From positions 1 through 47,449 of the forward strand of contig JYFJ02003012.1 of the NCBI GenBank assembly GCA_000934665.2: a DNA stretch of 47,449 nucleotides. Reading direction: 5' to 3'. The position numbers were made by a program, and so were the translations under genes. Shown here piece by piece: positions 11,569-26,000 of this stretch; position 1 is the first letter of the stretch, and the number at the start of each line of letters is the position of its first letter. This stretch comes from Catajapyx aquilonaris. Its lineage: Eukaryota. Under the pieces are notes generated by a model. It searched no databases. It was not told where the DNA came from and worked only from the letters and a program-made list of their open reading frames with translations.

Positions 11569-14500
11569 CTGTCAAATGAACCAAACGTTCGCTCATTACA
11601 CTACACGGTATTAATCACAGAAGCTTTGTACTTTTAAAAATAGCCACACAAAACGTCGTTGTTATCAAATGACAAAATGACGTATTCATTTCTAGGCAGC
11701 AAACCAGATTTAGCAAATAAAGTGCATCGAACCGGTCGAGTTGTTTGATCATTAATCAAATATTCAGGGTGTTGCACTGTTGAAGTCCCCAGTTCAAGGG
11801 AAGAAGTTATTATTGTTTAGTCCAGCAACTACAAGTACTTGTAGTTCAGAAACGCAACATGTGTGAAGCAACATAGCCACATTGCTTATTGTGATTGTTG
11901 CTTTTTTTTTACACTGGTTGATGTGGTCCATCCATAACTTTTCTCTTGAACAGGGGACTTGAGTAGTGCACCACCTTGTATTAAAAGCCGGCATTTGACA
12001 AGTGCCACCATGCTGATCCAGATGTATTCTTTTTAATATAGATTTTTTTGGTCGATATATAGAGATCCAATACAGTAGATGAAATACATTTAATACAGTA
12101 TAGTAAGTTATTCCTCGGAAACGCTGCAACCCGCAATAATTTCTTGTATAGAGGGTGCTTCTCTACAGCAGGATACATAGGCATATGCATAGGTGAGCCT
12201 CAAGTTTTTGTGGTGATAATCAGATTATTAAAAGCCAAAAACAATTGAAATTTTGCAATTTTACAGCCTGCATGCCATTGCCACAAAAACACTCCAAAGT
12301 GTGCCAAGCATTTTTGAACTGAGCTTTATTCGCTTTCAGAAGTCCCTAAAGTGAAAGTTGCATTGTCTGCATTCATTTTTAATATATTTTAGTGATATAT
12401 TAACGTTAGTCGCTGCAGTAAAAGTGAATCTCATTATATATTATATTCTGGTTCTACCATTAGTGCGTTCAGCTTGAAACATGGAACATTTTGTTAAAAA
12501 TGGCATCCGTTTAAACATATTTAAATCGCAGCATTTTTTTCAATGCAGGTAGACTACTCATCGTTTTAGCCCGGGGATTGGTTCCAGCAACATGCGGCGT
12601 AAAGTGAAAAGGCGTAAATAGAAACAAAATTATAACGTAGGTAAATGAGATAGGTTCCAAAAAATTTCCATAGCCAGTATTAAACCTGCTGTTTTTAATG
12701 CCCAATATGTGAAATATTTAATACACATGTTTCATGAGAGGTTCCATGTTGAGGGTCATGACATTCTGAGGGTTCTTATTCCTACTTTGACAAGAACTGA
12801 AGTACATGTAGTGCATTGTAACAATAGGTGAAGCACTTCGGAGAGTGCAGAGACCAACATTACAGTACTGTATATAGCTATAAACCCTGTCACAATGCAC
12901 AACGAAAAATTAACGAAGTGCATAAGCTACATGATGTCTTTATGATTGTGTAGATTGTTTTGTTATTTTCAAATTTTTAAGAATTTAAGAAAAAAGATTT
13001 TATTTTTCTTGGCAACAGCAGCTACTTTTAAAAAGAGGTATTCACGGCCATATCAAACCTTGATGTATGTGCTCCTATTCTGACATGTAACCGCCATGTG
13101 TTATGAAACTTCAATGTGATTCAGAACACTTTGAACTTCGTTTCATCAGCTAGTGATTACATTAAGGTACTGCCAACACAATAAAGATAAGCCCATTACT
13201 TTCATACAAAATGAACGTACTGCTAATTCCGTTCCAAATTTCCAGCTGACTGAACATCAAATTAATCAGACAGCTAAACAATTAAGAGAAGGAAAGGCAG
13301 TCAATCAGCCACCACCACAACAATAATTTATCCCAAGCTCGACAACTAAATATGGGTCAGACAAGTTATGAAACGCGTCTAAAAACACGGTGCACACTGT
13401 TGACTTTCTGATCGATATTTATGATACCTGCACGTACAGTATACAGTACACAGCCCTGGCTGATAAGTGTTACTGAAAAATGGTCTTAGTGAAAGGAAAG
13501 TATCCCTACATGGACTGTGCTTTGCCTCCTACTAATTGCATGTGCAAATGTGGGGAGTGTCACTCTTTGAAATAATTTTTTCGACATATTATTCCGACCC
13601 CCCTCCATGGAAGAACCTTGTTAAGTCTTTTCATATTATCTCCATCCTTTCTCCCCACACACACTTCCTTCCCTTACAAACAAGAGAGGACTTCTTTGTG
13701 CACTTGAGAATGCAGGAGGCGAAGGGTTGTGGCTGCAGGCAAAAAGAAATATAAAAAGTGAGCATCAGTCGATAAAAAAAGACAACCTCACAGAAGAGAA
13801 TGGCATGTATAGCATAATTCCATGAAGGCCATTACAAGTGTCATCGCACAAGCACCTGTCTGGACAAATCAAGTCCAAAGTGTCACGTAAATGTGAAAGC
13901 GATTTTTATTTCAATGGCGCATTGCTTGGACACAACTTTTTGCCTCACAGTTTCTTAGCGGCTACCTTTGATTTTACATTTCCTTTCCCACCTTAACCCG
14001 AGAGTTTTCTTTGTCCAATTCCCTGCCTGTTATTCAACATCTTACCCTGCAAGGGTGGCGGCATTTTTGGTGGCCTTTCTTATTATGTGTCCTCCCCCAC
14101 TCTCCCTCCCTTACCCTTCTTCTCTCCACCATTCCACCTACCACATCATTCTTCTTGTTCTTCGTCTTCTCCCATCCTCTGCCAAGGCCAACTCCTAGAG
14201 AAGCCGCCTACTTGTTCCAAAACCTACAAGTTCCCTAGTTCTCATCAAGAAAAGGTGGACGTAACTGTTGTGGCTCTTCCATCATACAGTATCTCGAACC
14301 ACCCCCTTCTTCTAGTTATGGATAAGGATCAACCTTTACTATGCAAGCGTCGGAAGGAGGACATGTAGCACCATTGTTGCCACGTCGAAAAATTACACTG
14401 TCATGTTAGGAATTCTAGACGCAGTGTTGCACCTGCAGCATTTTAATGAATCGTATACTCTACTACCAGCAAGAAAAATTGACCTTTTGTCACTTCATGT

Positions 14501-14930
14501 CATAGACAGTGCAATAAATTTTCGCAATACTTCCAGTATCCCGTGAATTAACACAAAGTGACACGTGGTCTCAATAATTTTTAACAAGATCTACTTGCCA
14601 GCTACTGAAAAAAATACCATATTGAAGTTCTTTCAGTTATTGATGAGGAAAATCAGTATGCATAAGCTTGCCTCAGTCATATGCCAGGGGAAAAGATTCC
14701 ACGTCATGAGGTGGTTAAATGTGAATTAAATGCAATCATGCAGTGGCCACAACATGTGCTTCATCCAGCACTGCGATAAAACGAGAGGCAATTTTGAACA
14801 ACAAGCAAGATCCAAGAAGGTTGCAGCTAGAGAGCTGTTGACAGTGATGATTATTATCAGTGTGGCTCCTTCATCTGTTGTAAGGGAACACAATAATGTA
14901 AGACACCCAGTGGTTCTCCCAGAAAATTGG

Positions 14931-15495
14931 CAAGTAAAGCTTCTATAGGTCGAACTTCCCTAAGTCGAAGTTCTCTATAAGCCGAAGAAAATGATGAGCT
15001 TGGTTGGTCACAATGTAAAATAATAGGAAATAAACTTCCCTAACTCGAATTTCTATAACTCGAAGTTCTCCATAACTCGAAGTGCAGGCAAGGCCTTACG
15101 ATGGAATGTCAATGCATATTCAGAAGTCGAAGTTCATGTTGGCGAGTACGGAAAATATTCTCATTTCCCAGCTGAAGGGTCGAGAGTATAGGCTCAATTT
15201 CCTGATCTCCGTCTACCAGACGAATGATACATAAAGAAGTTTTTGACGCGATTGTGACAATTGAATCCTTGAATCTAAGAGTAGGCAAATTCCATAGCGG
15301 AAATTTTTTTACAACAAAACGACGAGGAACATTGTAAGTGTGGTAGTGATAGTTATTTTTAAGTTATGAACACCTTTCGTAGCTGGATATGAAGGAGAGG
15401 GATATTATAGAGTTATGTGCTTTAAAAATTCCAAACTTCTCTAACTCGAAGTTTTCCCCGGGCCCATGGAGATTCTACTTATAGAAGTTTTACTG
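14931..15495. mobile_element. pogo/Tigger-like MITE
   Basis: Termini ~CAGTAAAACTTCTATAAGT..; the right end is followed by TA; repeated subterminal TAACTCGAA/TAAGTCGAA units. Confidence 0.75.
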
Positions 15496-17483
15496 TATTA
15501 AGTTTATCCTATCAATATTATAATATAATGGCATACGGAAAAGTTTTCCTATGTAATTGTAGGCAAGATTGGTAATTCAAATAAAATGTGACGGGTTAAC
15601 AGAATTACGTCCTGTTTAGACAGAAGGCGAGACATGGCAGAATCTGTACAGTACAAGCACACACATACTAAATTGTTACAAATGGCGCCACTTGTAATTG
15701 TGCCTGCCCACTGCTATAATGTTTAGTCAACAATTTATGTTCTGAATACGGCAACTTAGGGATCTCTTGATCTGACATGATTCGCTAGAAATTGTTGCCG
15801 TGTCCTAAGCAGATGTCATAACAGTCCAGAAGTGAGGCATTACTGTCGTGAGTTACTGGATAGCTGCAATAGTGGTATATAATTATTATGTTCCACACAA
15901 GGATCATAATGAGTAGTGTGGTGCTTATGAAACCTATAGGCAGCGGTGAGCTCGACGCGGTGACGCACGATGACAGATTTCATGGGAATTGTTGGATCCA
16001 AAGATCACTCTGGTATGCAGCACATAGAAAAAAAATTGCACTTGGATTGGTATTCGATGCATGCTATTTCCTGTTCGTAGAGATAAGCAATGTTTTTGCA
16101 TCCAGTTGCAATTATTTTCGAACAAATACTTTTAAGGGCTTGCATAAATATTAGCTGGTAATAGTAGGTTGAAAGGAATGCACCCCGCCGTGACCACTGT
16201 AGTAGCTGGGAGCGAGGTTCTGGAAAAAAAGGGAGTAGTGTTTGTTTGACCTCCGGTATCAGTGGGTCAAATGGGTCATGAACAGCTTCAGAACCCTCTT
16301 TTTCTGGACCAGATTCTCTCTAGCACCGGTGGTGCACTCAATAATACCTAACAATATCCTAATAATTGTCAAAAAAGCAGCTTAGCTTTAAAAAAGTGCT
16401 AACCACTATATGAACAATCCAGTATAAACACCTTGTAAAACACCAACTTGAGGTCATGCCTTGTCACAGTGTTTTTATATGCCGGATATAATCATTAGTT
16501 GGATATCTACAGTAATATCCTCCTTTTCATTGCACTGGATTTTAAAAACACTATACTAGAGGCACTAAAAGTAGTTCGCTCATACTGGTTCACACGTCTG
16601 GACCTGAGTCCCTATAACGCCTACAGTTAGTGGGGTGTTTATGGCACAAACATACGACGACTACGGTGCGCCAGATCACGTATACACGAGCAGGATATAA
16701 AACATCGCACACAACCTGTTTCGGCATCAAATAGAAATATCGGTCTGGATATATGACCCCTGATAGGTGCAAGTGGAATGATCTCCGAGATAATAGCCAC
16801 AACAGTCAACAAAAAATGCATGCCCGCAAAATTAATTTCCAGCCTCCGGATTTTTAGGATGACTCAAGTGTTCGGAGGTAACTTGTACAGGGCAGGTTCT
16901 TCCAATTCAGAAGGCAATGGAATGCGGCTTCTGGACACGCCCCTTTTCTTAAGAGCTACAAACAGACAGTGCCGTCTCTGCAACAGTTGCACTTGTAGAA
17001 TTATTCACGTACACAAGCACTATCAAAAGTAACGGATTCAAAACCACCCACTTCGTTCGGTACTGTTTTATGACACAATCATCTTGTGGTCTCAGCAAGT
17101 ATTGGGCAAGTCGATAAAAATCAACAGTTATTTGGTGAACAAAACACTTTTAGGACTATAAAGAATGAAAGTGCAAGCCGGCCATGTTGCAATTTTTATT
17201 ATGTACACTCAAATCCCTCTTAAATAGCATTTTACTTAACTGGTTCTTCCTCATGTCATGAAGATGACGGGCGGATGTAGCTACAATAATCATTTACTTA
17301 ACATCTGAGCATTAATTATAGTTACATATTGGTTTTAACTTCTGCACCACAATCCTGCACAAAGTAACTCCCAGATGTAGTGAATTCCTCTCCATGTGAT
17401 ATAAATTGTGATAAATTCTTCGCGAATGTAAGAGCAGGCAATATCTTCAAATTATGGTTACTACTCGTATATTGACTCGTATT

Positions 17484-18020
17484 TGGTTACTTTTCAATCG
17501 TCATGCAAAGCTTCTCTATTCTCTAGCCCAGCTCAAACCCGTTGTATAGAAAATGCATACTTTTCCTTGCGTGCAAAATCTTAGGGACGGTCATCGGATC
17601 AGAAACCGAAGGTGTTGTTCGGCACATAAAAAGGTCCATAAAATAGTGTCCGTTTCGAGAGATAACATTCGCGGCAATGAGGAACTACACACAGAGTGCG
17701 ATGTCATAAACAGTGCTGGGGAAATGCCCCCATTCATTCTATCGCGCTTGTCAACCAATAGCATGTGCCGAATTTGTTCTACCCAATCAGCAACTGGTGT
17801 TTGGGAGCAGCAATCTCCATATGATGCCATCAACACCAAGAACCGGGGTCGTAGAAGAGCAGGGTTTATATTTAGTCTGATGTCCCGAGGCCATCCCTTC
17901 GTCAAGCTGCAGGTTCAAGGCTAAGCAAACCAACGGTATTGTGTTTCTCCCCGGACACCAACCCCCCTCAGTGGTACTCCTCAGCTCCAAAACGCGGTTA
18001 CAAAGCTGCAGCTTTTGCCT
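17484..18020 (+). pseudogene. decayed pogo/Tigger-type (DDE_1) transposase fragment
   Basis: Ordered remnants across frames: WLLFNRHAKL, INSAGEMPPFIL, RGHP (cf. DGHxSH), NGIVFLPGH (cf. NGIxLxxLPPH), GYKAA (cf. GFKATG). Confidence 0.55.
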
Positions 18021-18795
18021 CAATCAGCTGCACGAGAAGAGATTATCCGCTCAAAAGCTCACGCCAGAGGGAGATTCATTCTTCATTTTTTTGTTTACCA
18101 CATTCATTGATATAATGCAAAGCTGGATTTACAATACTTACATAGGTGACAGTCGTTACGTTCGATGAAGTTCCATGACGTTATTGTCGCTGTTGAATGT
18201 CACCAATAAAGTAGGGGAAATTGGTGAATGGAAGAGTTTATAATGTAACGACAGTCACCAGTGTATCATGTAGCATGTATCATGGGTTTTCGACTTCATG
18301 TTCAAGGTTTTCCCTTCGAGGTAGCCGGAAGGTCTTTCATTGAACCAGAAATCTACTATTGGGCGTATTACTTTTCATTGGTTGTTCACACATCTAGACA
18401 ATCTTGAAAGTAAACCTATATCAGCGGTTACTGTACATTCATACGGTCAACAACATGCGCTGCAGAATTTTTACTATCCTTTTTGGGTGGGTCTTAGAAA
18501 AGTCTCACAACAGATGATTTTCTCATACGGGATGGGTTCTCCATAAGTCCTGTTCCCGGGGGCTTTATCCGGATTCTCCTGGTTTCTTCCACTACCAGAA
18601 TCCACGAGCATATACCATATGTGATTGAAGAACGACTCCATGTGAATTTGCGGGGATTTTCCTAATTTTCTTGGGTCCCCAGAGGTGCATCCCTGAGACA
18701 CTGATTTCTGGATGCTCGCAGGTTACTAACTCCCCCCCCCGGCCACAGTTACTTCATCGTCATTAAAACCATCACCACCTTGTCTGGCAGGCAGA

Positions 18796-18943
18796 GGTGT
18801 GTTCACAAGGTCGCAAGAATCGGTCGCAGAGAGAGAGTGAGAAGCCTATTCTATAGCATCCTATTCTTCATTGGTTTTTACTCCCGCAAAAATGCCTCGA
18901 ATTCACTCGAAAACACAATTTCTCGCGAGCTTGTGAACATACC
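18796..18943. mobile_element. short MITE with GGTxTGTTCACAAG terminal inverted repeats
   Basis: Imperfect TIRs. A diverged inverted copy lies at ~34965-35080. Confidence 0.6.
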
Positions 18944-19365
18944 GGTACCTTAAAACGTGTGCAACGTCGAACGGCTAACTTGGCATAGTGCAAACTGCTA
19001 CACAACGTTCCAAAAACATTAATTTATGTGTAGTCTACGTGTGGTTTTGTTCTTTCTTTAAAACAATCAATCCGGGAATCACGTAGTCTACTGTTCAAGT
19101 TGTTCGAGACTAATTATTCTGAACGATAGATGCAGGTTTAAATTTAATTGTTTACATAGAATTTATCCTGGGATCACAGAATTTAACAATGGATACGGGA
19201 ACGATAGCTCAAGGTTTTACTGTATATAATCTATTAGGTAATGAGCATGGAATAACCTATAAAAAGCATTATTGTATACTGTACCATATTCTTATGCGAA
19301 TCTGGTCTCTCAATACACATAGCTGCGAGATACTACTGCACTGTGTATTTCTAACTATCAGCAAC

Positions 19366-19420
19366 TCCTCTTGAGATCTGGTTAAAATGTGAAACACATT
19401 TTAACCAGATCTCAGGAGGA
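19366..19420. repeat. 55 bp palindrome with TCCTCyTGAGA termini
   Basis: One mismatch; 3 nt loop at 19392-19394. Confidence 0.9.
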
Positions 19421-19427
19421 TATCTCA

Positions 19428-19638
19428 AGAGGTTCCTGGTATGCGGGTCTGTTTAGTTCTGGGATCTTGTGATTTTTGTGTAGCTTGTTGCGGGCTGATC
19501 CAGGTGTCCAATTACTCCCAGGTTGCTATCTACTGTAATACGGTACCTTGACCTGAGCGCAACAAGTTACACAAAAATAACTTCGGACTAGATTTCCCGT
19601 AACTAAAGCGACCCGAACCGCATACTTGGAACACCCTG
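19428..19638. mobile_element. degenerate Tc1/mariner-type fold-back MITE
   Basis: Right end GGAACACCCTG|TA; imperfect inverted arms of ~70 bp. Confidence 0.55.
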
Positions 19639-19701
19639 TATAGGCAGAACGACAAATAATAAATGTAAGTTCCGCATAGCTGAGTATGTCAGTAATATTA
19701 A

Positions 19702-20297
19702 CCCTTAACTGGCATCCTCATTTAGCCATGCTTAACTGGTATCGTGGGGTCCTTTTTGGACCCCACGTCGTTTTTTCGATTACAAACTTACATTAACAAA
19801 AAAATCAAAATATAAATGCTTCCAAAATTCGGCCGGGACTATAAGTGGCAGATAGAAAAAAAATTGACCTTCTGTGACCCTTGGTTAACTGATGAGGCGG
19901 TGTTTACTGTTTACCCGTATCTCACGTTAGTGACCCAGCAGCTGTAATGGTAGTCTCCTTACAATACTATACATAGATATTTTTTTTTACATCTCTGCAA
20001 TTTTTTATGCTTGCTACATCATGAATTTGCCGTGTCTATTTTTTAGGGTCGGAAAAAACTGGTCGCTAACTGGTAACATGGGGTCCTTTTTGGACTCCAA
20101 GACGACTAGTGAGCGTTTAAATGACGTTAACTCCCTTTCGAAAAATTTTTCGTCGCTCATAATTTTTTTTCCGGTGTGAAAGAGTATATTTCAGGAATAT
20201 AGGTGTGGGAATTTTCATTTTGACAAAAACCTGCTTCAAGGTGGTGACATAAGTATACCCTGGGGTCCAAAAAGGACCCCACGATACCAATTAAGGG
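19702..20297. mobile_element. piggyBac-like MITE
   Basis: TTAA|CCCTTAA ... TTAAGGG|TTAA. Subterminal TGGGGTCCTTTTTGGACCCCA repeats occur near both ends and internally. Confidence 0.85.
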
Positions 20298-21332
20298 TTA
20301 ATGACAAAAGCAGGAAGTTATTGGGTCATGCACTGAAAAATTTTCAATATCAAACTATAACCTATCAATATATTAGAATTTGCAAAAAGGTGTAAAAACG
20401 TCGCACCAAAAATTTGAGGTAAAGTATCCATTTTCTTCAGGGACACGGATAATTGCAAGACGAGGGGTCTGTGACCGTTGTGCGTGTGTTCCAGCCTGCC
20501 GTTTATTTATGATGCTCGTAACTTTTGAGTTACACGTATGAGTATCTGCAGTCTCATCCAGTCTCTTGGCATATCCTTCGTACTCTACACGTAAACTTTC
20601 ATGTCGATATACTGTACGCCTGGGACGTCAGAGTAGTTTATCTCTTCAGTAAGCTCTTACTTTGAAGGGTAGGCATATTTTTTTGAATCGTGGCAATGCC
20701 GAAAGACAATGATGAATAGTGTTGGCCATCCGAACGAGCCGGTGCCAGATGGAGTTGCTGTTCAGAAAGTGCTAGGCGTTGTAGTAACTAACTAAATCTC
20801 AGTGATTTACAAACTGGGTCTCATATTACAATTCGTAAAACTAGTGGTGTGGCCGCTGCATATGAAAGGAACATTTCAATCCGCAGTCATGTAAATAATC
20901 TAATGAGATATAATCCAATACTCTTAATAAATGATGCTGGTGAAACAGTGTTACGCCTACACTAGACGCGATTTGGTAATAGCGGAGATTTTAAAGTTGT
21001 AACATGACTTGGGGCAGTTGCACCAGGTCAGGTACAGATTTAAAGGATGTTATTCATTGTTTACTAATCGTTGCCAACATTGAATAACACCCGTTAAATC
21101 TGTTAAAGTATCCGACCTGATGCGGTTGATCACGCTGCTGTGTCTAAAGTGCTAGAATTTTTTGTCCTGCCTTTTAGGTACCACCAGCTCTCACCATTTC
21201 AATTGCAGGTCTTTGTCCTGGAGGTACAGGTGTCCCAAGAAAACTGTCCCTAAATTCCGGCACTGAGAAATGTTGTGCCATTGTTGACGAGAAAAAAAGT
21301 TTTCTCCCTCAAAAAACAAGCATTTTTCTCAC

Positions 21333-21462
21333 CCTTGATACCCATATCGATACTATCCATCACTTTTTGCACAGTGTCGAGGCGCCGAAAGCTTGTTAAA
21401 TGGGTAGCCCTATTCAAAGCCTCTTTTTCATCAAAATCAAGGTGATGACTCTCCTCTTCCAT
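21333..21462 (-). CDS. candidate alternative first coding exon of dachs (MEEESHHLDFDEKEALNRATHLTSFRRLDTVQKVMDSIDMGIK)
   Basis: ATG immediately preceded by an in-frame TAA; 130 nt (43 codons + 1); donor AAG G|GTGAGA. Phase 1, in frame with the exon 2 acceptor. Confidence 0.5.
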
Positions 21463-22502
21463 TTATTTCACTTTAACCATCGTTAGCTGGCACTCTCAAC
21501 ACACGACAAACTGTGAACATTGCATTTTTATCTGTTCGCATGCGAGAGATTCTCCAGGTCTAAACAACACGATTCGTAGACATGTACAAGTAAAAAAGTG
21601 ACGCACGTGTTGTTAGTAGAAAAATTCCAGGAGGGGGATGGTGGACCTTGGAGCTTGGAGGCAGTCACAAGTGAGCTGACCCAGTGGCTCGGGGCTCTCC
21701 TGAATGCAAATAGGAACTCCAAACGAGTTTCTTGACTTACTTGGCCATTGCCGACTCCAGAGCCCCGTAGCCCTCCCCCTTTGCCTTCTCTCTCAGACAG
21801 GTTGTTCATTAGTCGCCTTCGTGTGGTCCTGAATTCCCAACGACCCCTAAGAGAGGGGTTTCAGACGCACACCCCTAATTCCACTTGCACTGCTTCCTTG
21901 CCACCACCACACTCGGACACTCCACACACATACACACCCTTGGGGAATAGCATCGATCATATATCGGGGGACTTGAACTTGAACGATCATGGCTAAACAC
22001 AATGCTCCAGACCAATTTCGGCTAAACTTCCGATACAGACTTTGCGGTGGATGCGGAGGTGCTAATGGTGCTAAAAGCCTGCCTGATGTGACATTGTTCG
22101 GGCAACACAATGGGCTGCTTTGGGGATAATGGGGACTTATCAGAGGGGTTTGTGACTTTGAGTCGCATTTAGTGAGTTACGCGAAGTATTATATCCTCGT
22201 AGAATGTACGTTAGAAGGTGCATGGGATCTACTGATGATTCTAATGATGCGCCACCTATACGTCTTGAGAAGTTCTGCATCTCATCACATATTCGCACTA
22301 CTTAATGGAGTGATCGTAAATAAACTCAAATTTATAGTATTATGTCTGATATTGGCAAACCCGAGCCGTGTTTTTTGCGGAAACTAATGTCATGCGACAC
22401 ATTTAGACATGTTCTATAAATAACCCGATGAATATTCTCCTAGTCACCTACACATATCGAAAGATAAAACGATAAATGTGACTTTAAAAGAAGAGGAATC
22501 TT

Positions 22503-22596
22503 AAAGAGGTCTACACACAGCCTGCTTTCAAATTAGGTTAGTTTTAAGTCATAAGACTAAATTAGTAACAAAACTGGCCGTGTGTAGACCTCCTTT
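22503..22596. mobile_element. tiny MITE (AAGAGGTCTACACAC TIR, possibly Kolobok-like)
   Basis: ~20 bp inverted termini, with TTAA at the left. Confidence 0.5.
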
Positions 22597-22784
22597 ATAC
22601 AGGTAGGGTCCTCCTCCGAGAAAATATTTGGCAACTTGAGTGTAACCTTCCCACAGGATAATTAGGTGAATATTTCCACATGGTGTCAAGCTTTTTACCG
22701 CCACGTCAGGCGAGAAATCGTGCCTCATTCGCTCAGTCAAGTTCCGCCCATGTATTAGAACTTCTAAGCTACAAAAAAGTAATA

Positions 22785-23058
22785 GTTTTTCTCGGATTCA
22801 GGATCTTTACGAATTGCTACGTTGAAATTACCCTAGTTCATCTTGGTTATTTCGGCATCATTACGGAGAAAATTGCATGAATTAAGTGTACACGCGTAAG
22901 TAATCTGGCGACACATAGCACGAAAGATTGGCGGGTGCAACACTGAGTGTGTAATAAACATGAGCTTATTTATATGTAATAAAGACGAAATCTCCAAAAA
23001 ATTCACTAGGGTAATTTCATCTTAGAGAAATTCTCCAGAACCCTCCGGCTATGAAACA
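22785..23058. repeat. degenerate inverted repeat (TGAAATTACCCTAGT core), probable old MITE
   Basis: TGAAATTACCCTAGT at ~22823 and its reverse complement at ~23005, with weaker flanking symmetry. Confidence 0.55.
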
Positions 23059-26000
23059 ACAATGAAATCATCCTTATCTCCCCCCCCCCTCCCCCCCAAC
23101 TTGATTAGGTAGCAGTCAAGACTCAGACCCTGTATTATTATTGTGAAGCAAGAAGTGGTGCTTGCAACGTGTGCCGGCTCCCACAAGTAGTCTTTCTGAT
23201 AAGAGGGGATGAGAAGAGGTCAGCGGCAGCAATCTTCTTCATGCATTAGCCTTCGAAATATGTTCAATTGTATGAGCGTGTATGTTACACTTCACATCCA
23301 TGTGGCTTACAACAACGTGGCCTGCTTAAATGTTTCATAACATACTGCATCAGTTAGAAAATAAAATATTATAACAGAAGCTTATTTCTTCCAAATGGAA
23401 ATCAATTACCTGTTCTGACCACTACCTGCAGATTGTCTTATTATGTGGGTTCGTTCACATTTTGTTGCAAACCCGTCCTAATAAAGTGTGCCAGCTCGAT
23501 TCAATGACCATGAAAAGGGGGGGGGGGACTGTTATGTCACTTGGCGACCTCATCAACTGGTCGGGGGCACCATTTCATCCCTGACCTTCCGTGGCGGTCT
23601 TCGTCTTATGCTGTGACCGCCAATTTCCATACGGCCCCCTGTCTGCTTTTTACGGCGCCATATAATACTAGCAGCTAAGAACATTTTTAAATTAACTTTT
23701 GGAGTTTGACATCATGGCATGTGTTGACCCTTTGGCCAGTTTGCAAGATGGTTATAAATTATGGTTTTTTTAAAACAATAATGGTCACTATTCTTGATTG
23801 CTCCCGCATTGTCCTGTCAACTATCGACACTGGTCAACTGGTGGTCTGTAGCCAACGATGGACCACGTGGTAAATAGTTGCATGCAGAGTGCATATTGTG
23901 GATGAAAATTATCAATTGTCTATGGTCGATAGTAGATTTCATGCCGTAGCCGCTCGACTGCCCATTTTATAAGGTCCATTGTCGGTCGGTTACAACTGTC
24001 CCAAATACGCCGGCTCGGTAACGAGAAAAAGCCGTGGAACCAAAATGGAAAATCATGGCGTGGATGTGGAAGAAGAAGAAGAAGAAAAAAACACTATATA
24101 CCTGGCCCTCAGAAGAGGCCGAAAAATGGGAGGGGGTGTGGAGAGCAAGGTGTGGGTAGGGGGTGGGTAGTGGGGGGGACGACACGGACTTTCAGCGGCG
24201 GAGTTTTCAAGGCCTTCCAGGTAGTTTCACCTTTGTCGGAGGACTCCCCCTTCTTCTTCAGACCGCCGTAATCTGGGCTCTCAGCTGCGCCTGTGGTCCC
24301 CTCCTGGTAAATAAACCCTCTTATTTTGGGACCCTGCTACAAAACCTTCCCTCCAGAAACTTGTACTATAAATCACCTCCATTTTGTTTCAGGTGCATGA
24401 CCTGACCTGATTCCAAGAATTGAAAGGAGGGGGGGGGGGGCTTCGATGTAATTTCCGGTCACTTTGCCAGTACAAATTCCTATTCATTTTCTTACATTAC
24501 CTTACAGGTGGATTGTAAAAACTGTGATCTTTTTCACGCCCTGCTCTAAGGGCATAAAAGCTATCACTTTTATACCCATAGGCTCATGACCTCGGCATAG
24601 GTAAATACAACCATAACGCATTATCACACCCACTTGCTTCAAGGCACTTCCTATTGATTCAAATGATAAAACTTGACTCCCAGTTTAGCTTGTCTAGCGC
24701 ATATATATTTTTTACCAGTTTTCCACAGCTTGACACTAGCCTGCAAAGCTAGTCCGCGTTAACTTGTAAATATGTTGGGAAGCTTTTCATTTCCTCGAGT
24801 TGCGGCAGTGGGGCAACGACCTCCTCGGCCATGAGGAAAAAGTAATAGCACCCAACAGGCATATTCCCAACCACCTACCTCACATCATCAACGACATTCA
24901 TTCCCAGCACGACCTAACGTACTTGTTGGTCTAGGGCCAACAATTCGCCGCTCTTTTTTTTATGTGCAACTAAACCCTTTTATTTGTTACTCTAGGGTCT
25001 CTTAAGGAATCAGCGAATTCAATCAGAGAAGCCAAAGGGTAAATGGCATAGAAGGAGGATGAAATCATCTCCGCTTTGTCAGGAAAACATCGCTGTCGAT
25101 AGAAGTGGGTACGACTTCCGATGTTGTCAGGCACGTGGTGGAAGGTATTGCATGCTATCTGAGCTACCAAAAGGGAGCCCACCGCATTCACGCAATCTCA
25201 GGTAATCGGAACACCTTCAACGCCCATCAAGGGCAGAACAATCCCAAGACTTTTCACTTTAAACGGTATTTTTTTTCCACAGAAGGATGATGTATATACA
25301 ATGCAACTGTCGACGATGGGGTAATAAAAGGAATATGTTTACCAGCAGTCCTATTGGTATGCCAAATGCATAACTTCAGGTTGATTGAACAAGTGTCCTC
25401 AAGAGATGGCACGCACGCGCCACTGTTGGCCTCACGAGTGACACTACTTCTTTGCCAATTTGTACTGATGTGTCAGTTTCTCTTCGCGCTGCATTTTTGG
25501 TCATTGCACTGCTTAGTGCATATACAGGTGGTGCACTGCCAAAGTCCCAAATTCAATATAATAGAATATAATATAAATTCAATACGTTGAAATCACCGGC
25601 TCTAACTGGAACCTTATTTAAGTACTGGAGCAAAAAGAGTTATCCTGAATGACCTAGGAAATCAATTCGAAATAAGCTAATCAGAGACAAGTGATACTGT
25701 TAAATAATGATGATACAGCGATCAAACAGCCACTAGACGGCAATTCTCTATTATACACGCAAGTAGTAATGTCTTTGATAGAATGAAATATAAACGAGAT
25801 GTTGCCAATTCCTAGACAGTATCACTGGCAGTCAACCATTTATTCCATCTGTATTTTTCCAAGGTGCTTACAAACAAGACATTTATAAAGCAACTACAGT
25901 ATTTGGCAGTGACCACTCATCTCCTGAGAAGTCACTTTGAGGTAGAGTAGGTTGACCACATTTCCACGATTGGAAGAAGTCATTCAAGGGCAGCCTCAAA

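Noticed and set aside
14100..14370. Purine-rich minus-strand segment ending at AGG|GTAAGG as another alternative first exon
   Set aside because: The phase-1 frame has a stop and no ATG, and the ATG-led frame is phase 0, which is incompatible with exon 2.
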